A stretch of DNA of 64,000 nt from Gloeobacterales cyanobacterium ES-bin-313 (GTDB taxonomy: Bacteria; Cyanobacteriota; Cyanobacteriia; Gloeobacterales; Gloeobacteraceae), in assembly GCA_014379585.1 (NCBI GenBank), contig JACMLN010000098.1:1-64000 (forward strand), given 5' to 3'. The position numbers and the translations under genes were made by a program. Shown piece after piece: positions 29,089-38,373 of this stretch. Below the pieces are notes generated by a model. It ran no database searches and had not been told where the DNA came from. It saw nothing but the letters and a program-made list of their open reading frames with translations. Numbering within the stretch: the stretch's first letter is position 1; every line of letters begins with the position of its first letter.

Positions 29089-29829
29089 TTGATGCCGCGA
29101 GTGCTTGTAGTTGACGATGACCCAGCCATACTTGAGCTAGTGTGCGTCAATCTCGAAATGTCTGGTTATGAGGTCATGGAAGCCCCAGATGGCACCAAAG
29201 GCCAAGCCCTAGCTCTGCAACTGCGACCAGATTTGATTGTGCTTGACTTGATGCTTCCCCAAGTGGATGGGTTGACGATCTGCCAACGCCTGCGCCGCGA
29301 CGAGCGCACCGCTGAGATTCCGATTTTGCTGTTGACAGCCCTGAGCCAGACCAAGGATAAGGTCGGTGGCCTGAATGCTGGAGCAGACGATTACCTAACC
29401 AAGCCTTTTGAGCTTGAAGAACTACTAGCACGGGTGCGTGCCCTGCTGCGCCGCACTGACCGGATTCCCCAAGCAGCCAAGCACGGCGAGATTCTTTCCT
29501 TTGGGCCGATAACACTCATACCAGAGCGTTTTGAAGCCGTCTGGTTCGGTAAGATCATCAAGCTTACTCACCTCGAATTTGAACTGCTCCACTGCCTCTT
29601 GCAGCGCCACGGCCAGACTGTTGCCCCAAGCGAAATCCTCAAAGAAGTTTGGGGATACGACCCAGACGATGACATCGAGACGATCCGAGTTCACATTCGC
29701 CATCTGCGTACCAAGTTGGAGCCAGATGCTCGTCATCCCAAATTCATCAAGACCGTGTATGGTGCAGGCTACTGCCTGGAGATCCCGATGGATTACTCCC
29801 TACCACAGATGGCAGAGCCAGCCGAATAA
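29089..29829 (+). CDS. OmpR-family response regulator
   Basis: REC domain (VVDDD ... LDLMLP) plus winged-helix C-terminus. Confidence 0.85.
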   Translation: MMPRVLVVDDDPAILELVCVNLEMSGYEVMEAPDGTKGQALALQLRPDLIVLDLMLPQVDGLTICQRLRRDERTAEIPILLLTALSQTKDKVGGLNAGADDYLTKPFELEELLARVRALLRRTDRIPQAAKHGEILSFGPITLIPERFEAVWFGKIIKLTHLEFELLHCLLQRHGQTVAPSEILKEVWGYDPDDDIETIRVHIRHLRTKLEPDARHPKFIKTVYGAGYCLEIPMDYSLPQMAEPAE

Positions 29830-29912
29830 AGTTCACTACAATAGGAAAGCGCTCGCTGCCCTGTGCACCTTTGCTCGTGCCAAACCATACCGTGCTTCTC
29901 GATGTAGTTTAG

Positions 29913-30926
29913 ATGCTTGACGAACATGAAATTTTAAACTGTCTTCCCTGTGGGGTTGTCATTACCGACCGAGAAGGCAGGATCTTGGTCTGGAACCGAG
30001 CCATGTCGAGCCTGAGTGGCTTATCGGCAGAAGAGATGGAAGGAACGCCGCTCCAGCAATGGCTTCCAGACATTGATCGTAGCCATGCAAGCATTGTTTT
30101 GCCTCACCGAGACCAATGGCTCGACGTGCGTGTCCATGGCCAAGATTTTAGTGGTGGTTGTGCGTGGACCTTTGTACAGGAGGTGCGACAAGAATTGGAT
30201 CAAGCCCAAGCAGATTTTGTCTCAACAGTCTCCCACGAATTGCGTACACCGCTCACCAGTATTAAGGGGTTCATCGATACGCTGTTGCGATCCGGCAACC
30301 AACTGAGCGAGAAGCAGCAACATCGTTTCCTCAAGATTGCCAAAAACCAAGCGGATCGGCTCACCCGTCTCGTCGAAGACATTTTGACGGTTTCTCGGAT
30401 CCAATCGGGCAGACTCAAGAATGTTCCCCAGCGCCTCGACTTGGCTGAGGTCATCGATCTTGTGCTAGAGAGTCTCTCCCAAAAATATGAAGCACGGCGA
30501 ATGCACATGCACTTGCCAAACGGTTTACCCGAAGTGTGGGCTGACCAAGATCGCTTGGAGCAAATTCTCACCAATTTGATCGACAATGCCCTCAAGTATT
30601 CTGAGAAAGATACCTGCGTAGATATCTATGCAAAACTCGATCCTGAGGATGAGAGTGTGCTCTGGATCTCCGTGCGCGATCAAGGCATCGGCATTCCCGA
30701 AGTGCATCTCGACCAACTGTTTAACCGCTTTAGTCGCATCGATTCTCCCCTCACCCGTGAGCGCGAAGGAACAGGACTTGGGCTCTATATTACAAAATCC
30801 CTCGTTGAAAGCCTCGGTGGCACTATCTTGGTCGAAAGCCAGTTCGGTCATGGCAGCATTTTTACTGTCTGCCTTCCTGCAGCGCAGCATCTTCCTATGC
30901 ATCTAGAGGAAGGGCTACATGCCTGA
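29913..30926 (+). CDS. cytoplasmic PAS-domain sensor histidine kinase
   Basis: PAS-like N-terminus, H-box SHELRTPL, and N/G1/G2 boxes GTGLGLYI. Confidence 0.85.
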   Translation: MLDEHEILNCLPCGVVITDREGRILVWNRAMSSLSGLSAEEMEGTPLQQWLPDIDRSHASIVLPHRDQWLDVRVHGQDFSGGCAWTFVQEVRQELDQAQADFVSTVSHELRTPLTSIKGFIDTLLRSGNQLSEKQQHRFLKIAKNQADRLTRLVEDILTVSRIQSGRLKNVPQRLDLAEVIDLVLESLSQKYEARRMHMHLPNGLPEVWADQDRLEQILTNLIDNALKYSEKDTCVDIYAKLDPEDESVLWISVRDQGIGIPEVHLDQLFNRFSRIDSPLTREREGTGLGLYITKSLVESLGGTILVESQFGHGSIFTVCLPAAQHLPMHLEEGLHA

Positions 30927-31872
30927 ACCTGTGGGTGAGGAACTAGAACTCGATCTGCGCAGCGATCTCAAGTCTCGACAGGGCAAATCTGCCGTTCTGT
31001 ATATCGACTTGCGCAATTTTCGACTATACAACCAGCTCTATGGCCGAGTCGCGGGGGAACAAATGATTCACACCCTTGCTGGAGCTATTGAGCATTGCCT
31101 AGACGAAGCTGGAACGATACACCGCCTCGGTGGACATGAGTTTATTGCTGTGACGAATAATGATCATTCTGAACAATTGGCTCAGGATATCTGTCATCGT
31201 TGGGATCGCGATTCCCTTGGTTTCTACACCCGCCAAGATCGTCAACGTGGCTTTTTAGTCGGTATAGACCGCCACGGCATTGGCAGACGCTGCTCCCTCG
31301 TGGAAGTGAATATCGGGATCATAGACACAGAGCATTATCAGACCTTATCGGATATTTTCTCAGCAGCGTTGCGAGCAAACTTGGTTGCCCAGACCAGCAA
31401 AGGCAGCAGTTATGCCTGCGTTCCTCTCGACACTGACCAACCACCCGAAAAACCAACTCCTCACCGTGTCCTCGTCGTCGAACCGGATGCAGCACTTGCT
31501 TACTTGTTGCAAACCACCCTGGAACTGCGGGGGTACGCAGTGGCAGTAACCAGCTCTGGGCAAGAAGCCTTTAAGTTAGCCATTACGAATCCACCAAGGG
31601 TAATTGTTCTTGACTTGTTCACGTCAGATTTGCCTGCGGGCCCTTTTTTGTGCCAAGAATTGCGCCGTCAACCGGAACTAAAAAATACGCTGCTGATCGT
31701 GGCGGCAACCAACGCAGACAGAGAAGATGCCCTGGTCGCTGGTGCGGATCTGTTCGTCCCTAAACCCTTTGAACTCGACGATCTGTTGGGCTGGATCGAT
31801 CGACTGGTGGAAGAATATGCAAAAACGGTTGACCTGCCGAGCAGCAACCGTTTTCGTGGATTTAGGCGTTAG
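30919..31872 (+). CDS. degenerate GGDEF-like (GGHEF) domain fused to a receiver domain
   Basis: YIDLRNFRLYNQLYG ... RLGGHEFIAV ... REC with VIVLDLF; 8-nt overlap with the kinase. Confidence 0.6.
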   Translation: MPEPVGEELELDLRSDLKSRQGKSAVLYIDLRNFRLYNQLYGRVAGEQMIHTLAGAIEHCLDEAGTIHRLGGHEFIAVTNNDHSEQLAQDICHRWDRDSLGFYTRQDRQRGFLVGIDRHGIGRRCSLVEVNIGIIDTEHYQTLSDIFSAALRANLVAQTSKGSSYACVPLDTDQPPEKPTPHRVLVVEPDAALAYLLQTTLELRGYAVAVTSSGQEAFKLAITNPPRVIVLDLFTSDLPAGPFLCQELRRQPELKNTLLIVAATNADREDALVAGADLFVPKPFELDDLLGWIDRLVEEYAKTVDLPSSNRFRGFRR

Positions 31873-31874
31873 TT

Positions 31875-32159
31875 TTACTTCAGCGTACGTACACTGATAT
31901 CGCCCAGTACTGTGCACTGGCAAGCAAGGCGGGCAAGGGGGTTATCCTCTGCCATGACATCGAGCATGTCCCGCTCGATATCGGTGACGGGGCTGATATT
32001 TTCGATGCCAAAGGTAACCTCGATCAAGCAGGTACCACAAGCCCCGTCTCGGCAGCCAAATAGCAGCGAGATCGGGTGCTCGTCACAGATGTCCGTAAGG
32101 GTCTGATTAGCCTCTACTTCGACAGTTTTCTGGTCGTCTTCAAATTGAATGGTGACCAT
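31875..32159 (-). CDS. [2Fe-2S] ferredoxin
   Basis: CRDGACGTC ... C cluster; 94 aa. Confidence 0.7.
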   Translation of the reverse strand: MVTIQFEDDQKTVEVEANQTLTDICDEHPISLLFGCRDGACGTCLIEVTFGIENISPVTDIERDMLDVMAEDNPLARLACQCTVLGDISVRTLK

Positions 32160-32161
32160 GG

Positions 32162-33400
32162 TTAGACGGAGAGGGTTTGCTCAAATCGCTTGAAGGACTG
32201 GATGTTGCTCTTGATGGCGGTGGAGAGATGTGCCTTGGCCATGATCCGCAGTTCGCGGTTGATGGGCCAGAGGTAATCGACTTCTTCCATGTACTTGCGG
32301 TTATCGCTGAGCGCTTTTTCATGGTAGCGTGCGGCCACATGGAAACCTTCGTGCTCTGCACAGAAGCATTGACGCACCGCTTGAAGCGCTTCACGGCGAT
32401 CCATCCCAAACAGGGGTGTCTGAAGCATCCGGTAGACGAGAGGGATATAGTTCGAGTCGTCAGTGAAGATCCCTGGAACTGCACCAGAGAGTGTCTGCAT
32501 GGTGCGCTGTACCCCAAAGATCCCGACGTTGGAAGCAAAGATTTCCATGGCACTCGGCTTTTTGAAATCTTTGTAGAGATCGTGGGAGATCAGTTGGGAA
32601 GTCGCTGTGTGGAACGCTTCGTCGAGGTAGTGGAAGTGAGACACCGCTGTTGGGGCAGGCACAAAAGCACCCGCCTTTTCGAGTTCTTGGCAGTACTGGG
32701 AGTGACGATACTCTTTGACCTTCAGTTGAATGTTGCGCAGGCCGCGTACGGTATAGTACTGGCTCGCCACAAACGGTGAAACACCGACTTGTACGGCGTA
32801 GAACTGAGCAGGAGAATTGCGAATGAATGACCGTGCGCCCTTCTGGGGATGGATCAAGGCGGCTTCAACATAGTTGGGCATCGGACGATCAAAGATCAAG
32901 TCGCCAAGCAGAGCCATTTCGGTCTGTTGGCCAATGGTACGGAAAGCTTCGACGTGGGCGCGCTCTTGAGAGGTCTCGACATCAAGTTCGCGGCACAGGG
33001 TCTCGTAGCCACCGAGGGGATAGAACGCACCACAGGTCAATTGGTTGTAGACCATCGTGGTCACTTCGCCACCGATGGAATAGTTGTAGAAACAAACCCA
33101 GTACAAGTGATTGAGGGCTTTCTTTTGGGCTTCGGAAGCCGCTGTGTAGACGGGGCTACCGTAGAGCAGTGAAAATTCTGGTTGTACCCAGAAGTGGTCG
33201 CTGTGATCCGCGTAGCTAAAACTGTTTTGCAGTTCGACCATCCGCTCAGTAAAGTTTGAGCTGACGTTGCGCTTGTAATTGACTTCGATCAGCTTAAGAT
33301 TCTTTTTGCCATGGACAATGCCATCGGATAGCGTTCCTGTACTTGGTTTTTTGGCGGCGATTTCATGAGTGTCTAGCATAATAGTTGCTTTCCTGATCAA
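32162..33400 (-). CDS. putative ferritin-like diiron oxygenase (AurF-like family?)
   Basis: Repeated E-x-x-H motifs (ERAH, EAFH ... H, AEHEGFH) in an all-helical 412-aa protein; flanked by reductase and ferredoxin genes. Confidence 0.4.
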   Translation of the reverse strand: MIRKATIMLDTHEIAAKKPSTGTLSDGIVHGKKNLKLIEVNYKRNVSSNFTERMVELQNSFSYADHSDHFWVQPEFSLLYGSPVYTAASEAQKKALNHLYWVCFYNYSIGGEVTTMVYNQLTCGAFYPLGGYETLCRELDVETSQERAHVEAFRTIGQQTEMALLGDLIFDRPMPNYVEAALIHPQKGARSFIRNSPAQFYAVQVGVSPFVASQYYTVRGLRNIQLKVKEYRHSQYCQELEKAGAFVPAPTAVSHFHYLDEAFHTATSQLISHDLYKDFKKPSAMEIFASNVGIFGVQRTMQTLSGAVPGIFTDDSNYIPLVYRMLQTPLFGMDRREALQAVRQCFCAEHEGFHVAARYHEKALSDNRKYMEEVDYLWPINRELRIMAKAHLSTAIKSNIQSFKRFEQTLSV

Positions 33401-33480
33401 GGTGAAATAAGGCGGACATCACAATGCAGATTCCAATTTATCAGAATGATTATGAATATACCTGTTCGTGGTGCGCACTT

Positions 33481-34686
33481 TTATGAAAAGTTTTCAAAAA
33501 AAGTGGTGGGTTTTTTGAAAATCTCCGGTGTGAGTCGGCCAATTAGTGGATTTAAGACGGCATTGTAGTAGAGCAGATCTGCAGCTTGGGCGATTGCCCA
33601 TCCAGCTGTGCCATAAAGTTCTTGGCCATCGACGAGGGCAACCCCATCGAAAGCACCGAGGGAGAGGGCAATGCGATCCACCGAAGGCACAAAGGCAATG
33701 GTGGATTGTCCTTGTTGTTCCGCCAGAATATTTGTGGCGACGACCTCGGCGGCTCGAAGAGCGAGTTGCCCGCAGGGAGGATAGTTTTTTTCTCCATCCC
33801 TCGGCAAAATACTGTCCCCAACTGCATAGACGTAGGGGTAATCGACCATGCGACAATCGCTGCCAACTCGCAAAAACTGTTGGGCATCGCGCAGCCCCTC
33901 CGGCTCCTCCTCGACGCGCACGGGCTGGGTACCACCCGCCCAAAGCAGGGTTTGGGTCGCCAATTCTTCGCCACCATCAGGCCCATCTAAGATGGCCATA
34001 TCGGCTCTGACCCTTTTGACTTGGGTATCGAGCTGAACAATGACGCGGTGGCGGCGAAACCACCGCAAGACCCAGTCTGAAACACTGGCTGGCCACTCTG
34101 GAAGCAAGCGATCACTGCGCTGGACAAGGTGGATCTGGATCGCATCGGCGAGGCCACCGTAGCGTTTGCGCCAACGCCGAGCCAGATGCACCAACTCAGC
34201 CGCTAACTCGACCCCCACCAATCCCCCACCGACGATGACCCAGCGCAGCAGCTTGAGGTCACATTGTTCGCGTTTGAGTGCCTCCTCCAAACTCGACCAG
34301 TGGTTAAGGATCTGCTGAAGATCTTCGAGTGTATATAGAGGTAGGCTGTAGCGAGCCGCACCAGGTACGCTCAAGCGCCCCTCAGAGCCAACAGCAAGAA
34401 CGAGGCGATCAGCTCTGAGGGTTTCGCTGTCAGTTTCAACTTCCAATGCCTCAAGATCGATGCGTAGGGCATTTGCCTTGATGTGGCGCACTTTGCTGTC
34501 GAGCAAGCGCGAATAGGGGAGGCTGACATCTCGCAGAGGCACGCGACCAGCAGCAGCAGCGACAAGACGCGGTCGCAAAATGTGTTCGCTCCTCGGCTCG
34601 ATCAGGGTAACTTGCAGATTGTGTGCAGCTAAGGTCTGGACGACCCGCAAACCAGCGTATCCCCCACCGATAACAACTACGTGCAT
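33481..34686 (-). CDS. NDH-2-like FAD/NAD(P)H pyridine-nucleotide-disulfide oxidoreductase
   Basis: Two Rossmann GxGxxG motifs (VVIGGGYAG, IVGGGLVGVE). Confidence 0.75.
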   Translation of the reverse strand: MHVVVIGGGYAGLRVVQTLAAHNLQVTLIEPRSEHILRPRLVAAAAGRVPLRDVSLPYSRLLDSKVRHIKANALRIDLEALEVETDSETLRADRLVLAVGSEGRLSVPGAARYSLPLYTLEDLQQILNHWSSLEEALKREQCDLKLLRWVIVGGGLVGVELAAELVHLARRWRKRYGGLADAIQIHLVQRSDRLLPEWPASVSDWVLRWFRRHRVIVQLDTQVKRVRADMAILDGPDGGEELATQTLLWAGGTQPVRVEEEPEGLRDAQQFLRVGSDCRMVDYPYVYAVGDSILPRDGEKNYPPCGQLALRAAEVVATNILAEQQGQSTIAFVPSVDRIALSLGAFDGVALVDGQELYGTAGWAIAQAADLLYYNAVLNPLIGRLTPEIFKKPTTFFENFS

Positions 34687-34812
34687 CAGTACCGCCTGTC
34701 ATCGGAAAGACTCTGTAGTCCTATCTTAACCAGTTCATCGCAGTGGTGGGCTGTTCTGTCGTTGCCTCTACCTAAACCGCGCTAAAATCTTGTAGTCCAA
34801 ACAGACATCCCT

Positions 34813-35730
34813 ATGCAGTCTTCCAGCACATCTTCACCTTCTCGGACAGTCGCTACCGTCGTGGCCTGTGCGCTCTTGGCTGTAGGAACCTACCACGTCA
34901 TTCAGGAGTGGTTAGGCGCTTGGTTTAGTTATGGTACCTACAGTGCTCTGTTTACCTATGGCGCGATTGGTATTCCAGCCATCTTTTATTTAACCTACAG
35001 TAAGGCCAAAGCGCTTTCGGCATTGCCTAATCCATGGATGTACCAGCTGCTTGGGCTTGCCTTTGTCCTGTTGGGGTGCGGACTAGGGATGTTCAGTCCA
35101 TTAAAAGATATTCGATTTGCGGGTGTTTTTGTCGCCGTGGTCGGCGTTGTGATTGTCCAGTGGGGACTCTTTGCTCCACGCCTGCTCTGGCAAGAACTTG
35201 CGCTTTTCTTGTTAGTGATCCCTTTTCCAATTGTTTTCGCGGCCACCCATAATTCTTTCTTTCAAGGGATTACCGCCCACGGTGCAGCTTTCATGCTTTG
35301 GTATGGTGGCATTCCCGCTTTTTCTGATGGCGTATTCATCAATATCAACGAGCTGCAAAATGGGGCATTGCACACCATTAACGGTGTCCAAGTGGCAGAA
35401 ACTTGCTCAGGTACTGCCATCGGTTTCACTTTGACCTATCTAGGCTTTCTGATTCCTGTCTTACTGCCTGTGGGGTTCAACCGAAGACTGGTTCTATCGA
35501 TGATCGGCCCAGCAATGGCGATCACATTCAACACGATGCGGGTCGCATTTTTGCTTTACGTGAAAACCTATGTGAGCGAGGATGCCTTCGCGTTTTGGCA
35601 CGAAGGCAACGGTCGCCTGATCTATTCCTTTTCAACCATGCTGGTTTATGGGATCATTGCGCTTATCGTGATCTGGCCCTCTTTGCAGCCCCAAGCGCCA
35701 CGTTCTATGGCAAAACAAAAAGCAATCTGA
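34813..35730 (+). CDS. exosortase (cyanoexosortase family) transpeptidase
   Basis: Eight TM helices; catalytic VAETCSGTAIG and FNTMRV Asn/Arg motifs. Confidence 0.65.
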   Translation: MQSSSTSSPSRTVATVVACALLAVGTYHVIQEWLGAWFSYGTYSALFTYGAIGIPAIFYLTYSKAKALSALPNPWMYQLLGLAFVLLGCGLGMFSPLKDIRFAGVFVAVVGVVIVQWGLFAPRLLWQELALFLLVIPFPIVFAATHNSFFQGITAHGAAFMLWYGGIPAFSDGVFININELQNGALHTINGVQVAETCSGTAIGFTLTYLGFLIPVLLPVGFNRRLVLSMIGPAMAITFNTMRVAFLLYVKTYVSEDAFAFWHEGNGRLIYSFSTMLVYGIIALIVIWPSLQPQAPRSMAKQKAI

Positions 35731-35740
35731 ATTTGGAAAT

Positions 35741-36517
35741 ATGGAAAACGAAACTGTTCAACCGAAAGTCAATCCCTCCGTCCCTTTGGAAGAAAATGTC
35801 ACTTTCGTCCTTCCACGGCCTCTACCAACCGCGCTCTTCTGCGTCGGTCTGGCTCTTTTTCTGGGTTTCCTCTCGGATTGCTCTTCTTTGTTGCCCTTAA
35901 ATGTGGCCAATATTATTTGGCAAATTAATTCTTTAGAGCGTGTGTTCAACGAAGCAAGCATTCCGATGTTGAGCTTTATTCTCATGCTCAGCGGTGTCTG
36001 GCTCAACAATGCAGTAAACGGCACCAAAAATAAGATTTTGGGTTGGATCTGCGGCCTAATCAGCCTTGTTATTGGAGTCTCTTTGTTGCTGGCAGTGCCT
36101 CTCTATCTTAAAAATATCAACTTTGCCTATCGTATCAAGTCAGAAGAAATTCTCAACCAGCGCAAAATTGATAAACCTGCACCGAGAAGTGAACTAGCAG
36201 AAAAATACGATGCAAGTCTGAAGGAACTCTCCGACACTGTCTACAGAAATGTCCTTCGCTTTGGCACCAATGGGGTCGTGATGGGTGGTGCACTTGTGTT
36301 ACTTGGCATCTTTGGGATTCGCCAAACCCGCGATCGTGCTGATGTTGGGTTTACCTGTGTAACCTGTGGAAGCAGTAAAGTCCGCCTCTCTCAGATGAAC
36401 GCTAACGAGCAAAGCCTCGCGACATTTACCCGGATTCACACCTTTCGCTGTGAAGACTGTAGCCGGCGCTTCCGCAAATTTTCGATCACAGGTAAACCTT
36501 TTCCGTTCTTCTTTTAG
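35741..36517 (+). CDS. exosortase-associated membrane protein with a C-terminal Cys4 zinc-ribbon-like motif
   Basis: Four TM segments; CVTCGSS ... CEDC; 10-nt gap after the exosortase; AT-richer than its surroundings. Confidence 0.4.
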   Translation: MENETVQPKVNPSVPLEENVTFVLPRPLPTALFCVGLALFLGFLSDCSSLLPLNVANIIWQINSLERVFNEASIPMLSFILMLSGVWLNNAVNGTKNKILGWICGLISLVIGVSLLLAVPLYLKNINFAYRIKSEEILNQRKIDKPAPRSELAEKYDASLKELSDTVYRNVLRFGTNGVVMGGALVLLGIFGIRQTRDRADVGFTCVTCGSSKVRLSQMNANEQSLATFTRIHTFRCEDCSRRFRKFSITGKPFPFFF

Positions 36518-36852
36518 TACTGGGGGACTTTGGAATCGGCGTATAGGGCATAGGCATGGATGCCACCACGAATATTTTTGACATCCACAAAGCCACGGCT
36601 AATCAAAAACGAACACATATCCGCTGAACGAATGCCGTGGTGGCAAAGTACGAGGGTCTCTTTTTGGGGATCAAGCAACGTTGCTAGCTCTTGTGACCAG
36701 GCTTGATACTGGCTGAGGGGCAAGTTTAAAAAGCCTTCAAGTTGAGATTCTTCCAGTTCCTCTGGCTCCCGCACGTCCACCAGTTGAACGCCCGTGAGAT
36801 CTTGGGACAGTCTTTCTTTAAGTTCTAGTACAGAAATTTCTTGGTAGAGCAT
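36514..36852 (-). CDS. single-domain rhodanese sulfurtransferase
   Basis: CHHGIRS active-site loop. Confidence 0.8.
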   Translation of the reverse strand: MLYQEISVLELKERLSQDLTGVQLVDVREPEELEESQLEGFLNLPLSQYQAWSQELATLLDPQKETLVLCHHGIRSADMCSFLISRGFVDVKNIRGGIHAYALYADSKVPQY

Positions 36853-36884
36853 TGCACGCGTCGCAACTTTGACACTCCGATTAT

Positions 36885-36977
36885 CTCACGGTGGTGTGAT
36901 CCCACAGGGGATCAAAGACTTGCCGTGAGTACAAATACCTGGCACAATAAAATAGTTCAGCGATCCCCACGGGGATC
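36885..36977 (+). repeat. two GATCCC(C)-N2/3-GGGGATC palindromic hairpins, the first nested within CACGG ... CCGTG
   Basis: TGATCCCACAGGGGATCA (36897-36914) and GATCCCCACGGGGATC (36962-36977), read directly. Confidence 0.6.
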
Positions 36978-37045
36978 ATGGATGACAGGCAGGTATGCCT
37001 GTGCAGCAGATCCGTGGTGTCGCGCAGAGGAAGGGAGTTTTTTCA

Positions 37046-38293
37046 ATGTCCCCTAACGAGCAGTGGTCCCTCGAAGAGTTGACGCTCAGGCAGTTGCGGA
37101 CGGTCGCGCAGCAGTACAAAATTTCACGTTACAGCCGACTGACCAAGTCCGAACTACTCGATGCCATTCAAGAAGCGCAACTACAGCAATTGACTAGCAG
37201 ACGTTCTCGCGGTTTGGAGGCTCAGGCAGAAGTGGAAGATAGCAAGTTTCAGGTTGGCGCATCGGAAAGTAGCGATCTCACCGACATCGATGCCGAGCTA
37301 GGCGAACTGCCAGCCGGCTACGGCGAGAGTCGCATCGTGATCTTGCCCCGCGATCCGCAGTGGGCTTTCGTGTACTGGGATATTCCAGGCGAACACAAAG
37401 AACAACTGCGTGCCCAAGGTGGCCAGCAGTTGGCGCTGCGTCTTTACGATGTCACCGATGTTTATTTTGATGGCTTCAATGCCCACGGTGTTCAAGAATT
37501 TTTGTGCGATGAACTTGCACGGGAATGGTACTTACCCCTGCCCATCGGCGACCGGGACTTCGTCGTCGATATTGGTTATCGGGCCGCTGGTGGTGGGTGG
37601 CTTGTGCTCGCCCGTTCCGCATCGGTGAAGGTTCCACCGATGTACCCCTCGGACTGGATCGATGACCGCTTTGTGACGATCCCCTTCGATATGGATCTCC
37701 AAGGCAAGACGATCTACACCCTTGAGCCTCCTTATAAAGCGGCGGCACTTCCAGGACGGCCTGGGTTTGGCGGTGCGGCCTTCGGCGCAGAGGCTGCAGC
37801 TGGAGCACGTCCTTTCGGTGTCATTCCCCACGAAGCCCTCTTCGAATATTCCGGCGGCCAAGATGCAGCCGTGGCGGGCTCACTTTTTGGATCCCATCAG
37901 CACGGACTGCTCTCCGAAACGAGTCTCAGTTCTTTTGCCCTGCCTTCAGGCATCGGTATGTTGTCGGGAATGGGTTACTCGGGTATTGGTTTCTCTGCTT
38001 CAGCCGTACCGGAGCGCGAGCGCGGTTTCTGGCTGATTGCCGATGCGGAGCTGATCATCTACGGTGCCACCGAACCCGATGCCACAGTCACCATCGGCGG
38101 CCAACGCATCGAACTGGCTCCCGATGGCACTTTCCGCTTCCAGTACGCTTTCCCAGATGGAATGCCCAACTTCCCGATCGAGGCTGTGGCGATCGATGGC
38201 GAGCAGAGGCGGGCGATCACCATGCGCTTCATGCGTCAGACACCGGTGCGCTACACCAACACCAAAGCGGAAATCAAACTCGAAGCCTACTAA
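37046..38293 (+). CDS. Rho_N-like plus DUF4912 domain protein (glycogen-metabolism associated)
   Basis: LRQLRTVAQQYKISRYSRLTKSELLDAI (Rho-N-like) followed by RIVILPRDPQWAFVYWDI. Confidence 0.55.
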   Translation: MSPNEQWSLEELTLRQLRTVAQQYKISRYSRLTKSELLDAIQEAQLQQLTSRRSRGLEAQAEVEDSKFQVGASESSDLTDIDAELGELPAGYGESRIVILPRDPQWAFVYWDIPGEHKEQLRAQGGQQLALRLYDVTDVYFDGFNAHGVQEFLCDELAREWYLPLPIGDRDFVVDIGYRAAGGGWLVLARSASVKVPPMYPSDWIDDRFVTIPFDMDLQGKTIYTLEPPYKAAALPGRPGFGGAAFGAEAAAGARPFGVIPHEALFEYSGGQDAAVAGSLFGSHQHGLLSETSLSSFALPSGIGMLSGMGYSGIGFSASAVPERERGFWLIADAELIIYGATEPDATVTIGGQRIELAPDGTFRFQYAFPDGMPNFPIEAVAIDGEQRRAITMRFMRQTPVRYTNTKAEIKLEAY

Positions 38294-38373
38294 ATCTCTT
38301 TATTCCTCTTCCCTTCGGGGAAGGGGAATGAAAAGATAGGGGTGTTCTTATCCTGTTACCCGGAAGTTGTCCT

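Noticed and set aside
33494-34010. Multiple 130-150-aa ORFs on both strands within the reductase gene
   Set aside because: R/P/G-rich low-complexity translations typical of off-frame GC-rich sequence; the Rossmann-fold reading frame explains the region.
38290-38373. CCCTTC-GGG-GAAGGG stem-loop after the DUF4912 gene
   Set aside because: It lacks a following T-tract and sits 20 nt upstream of the next co-oriented gene; more likely an intercistronic hairpin than a terminator, and the evidence is weak either way.
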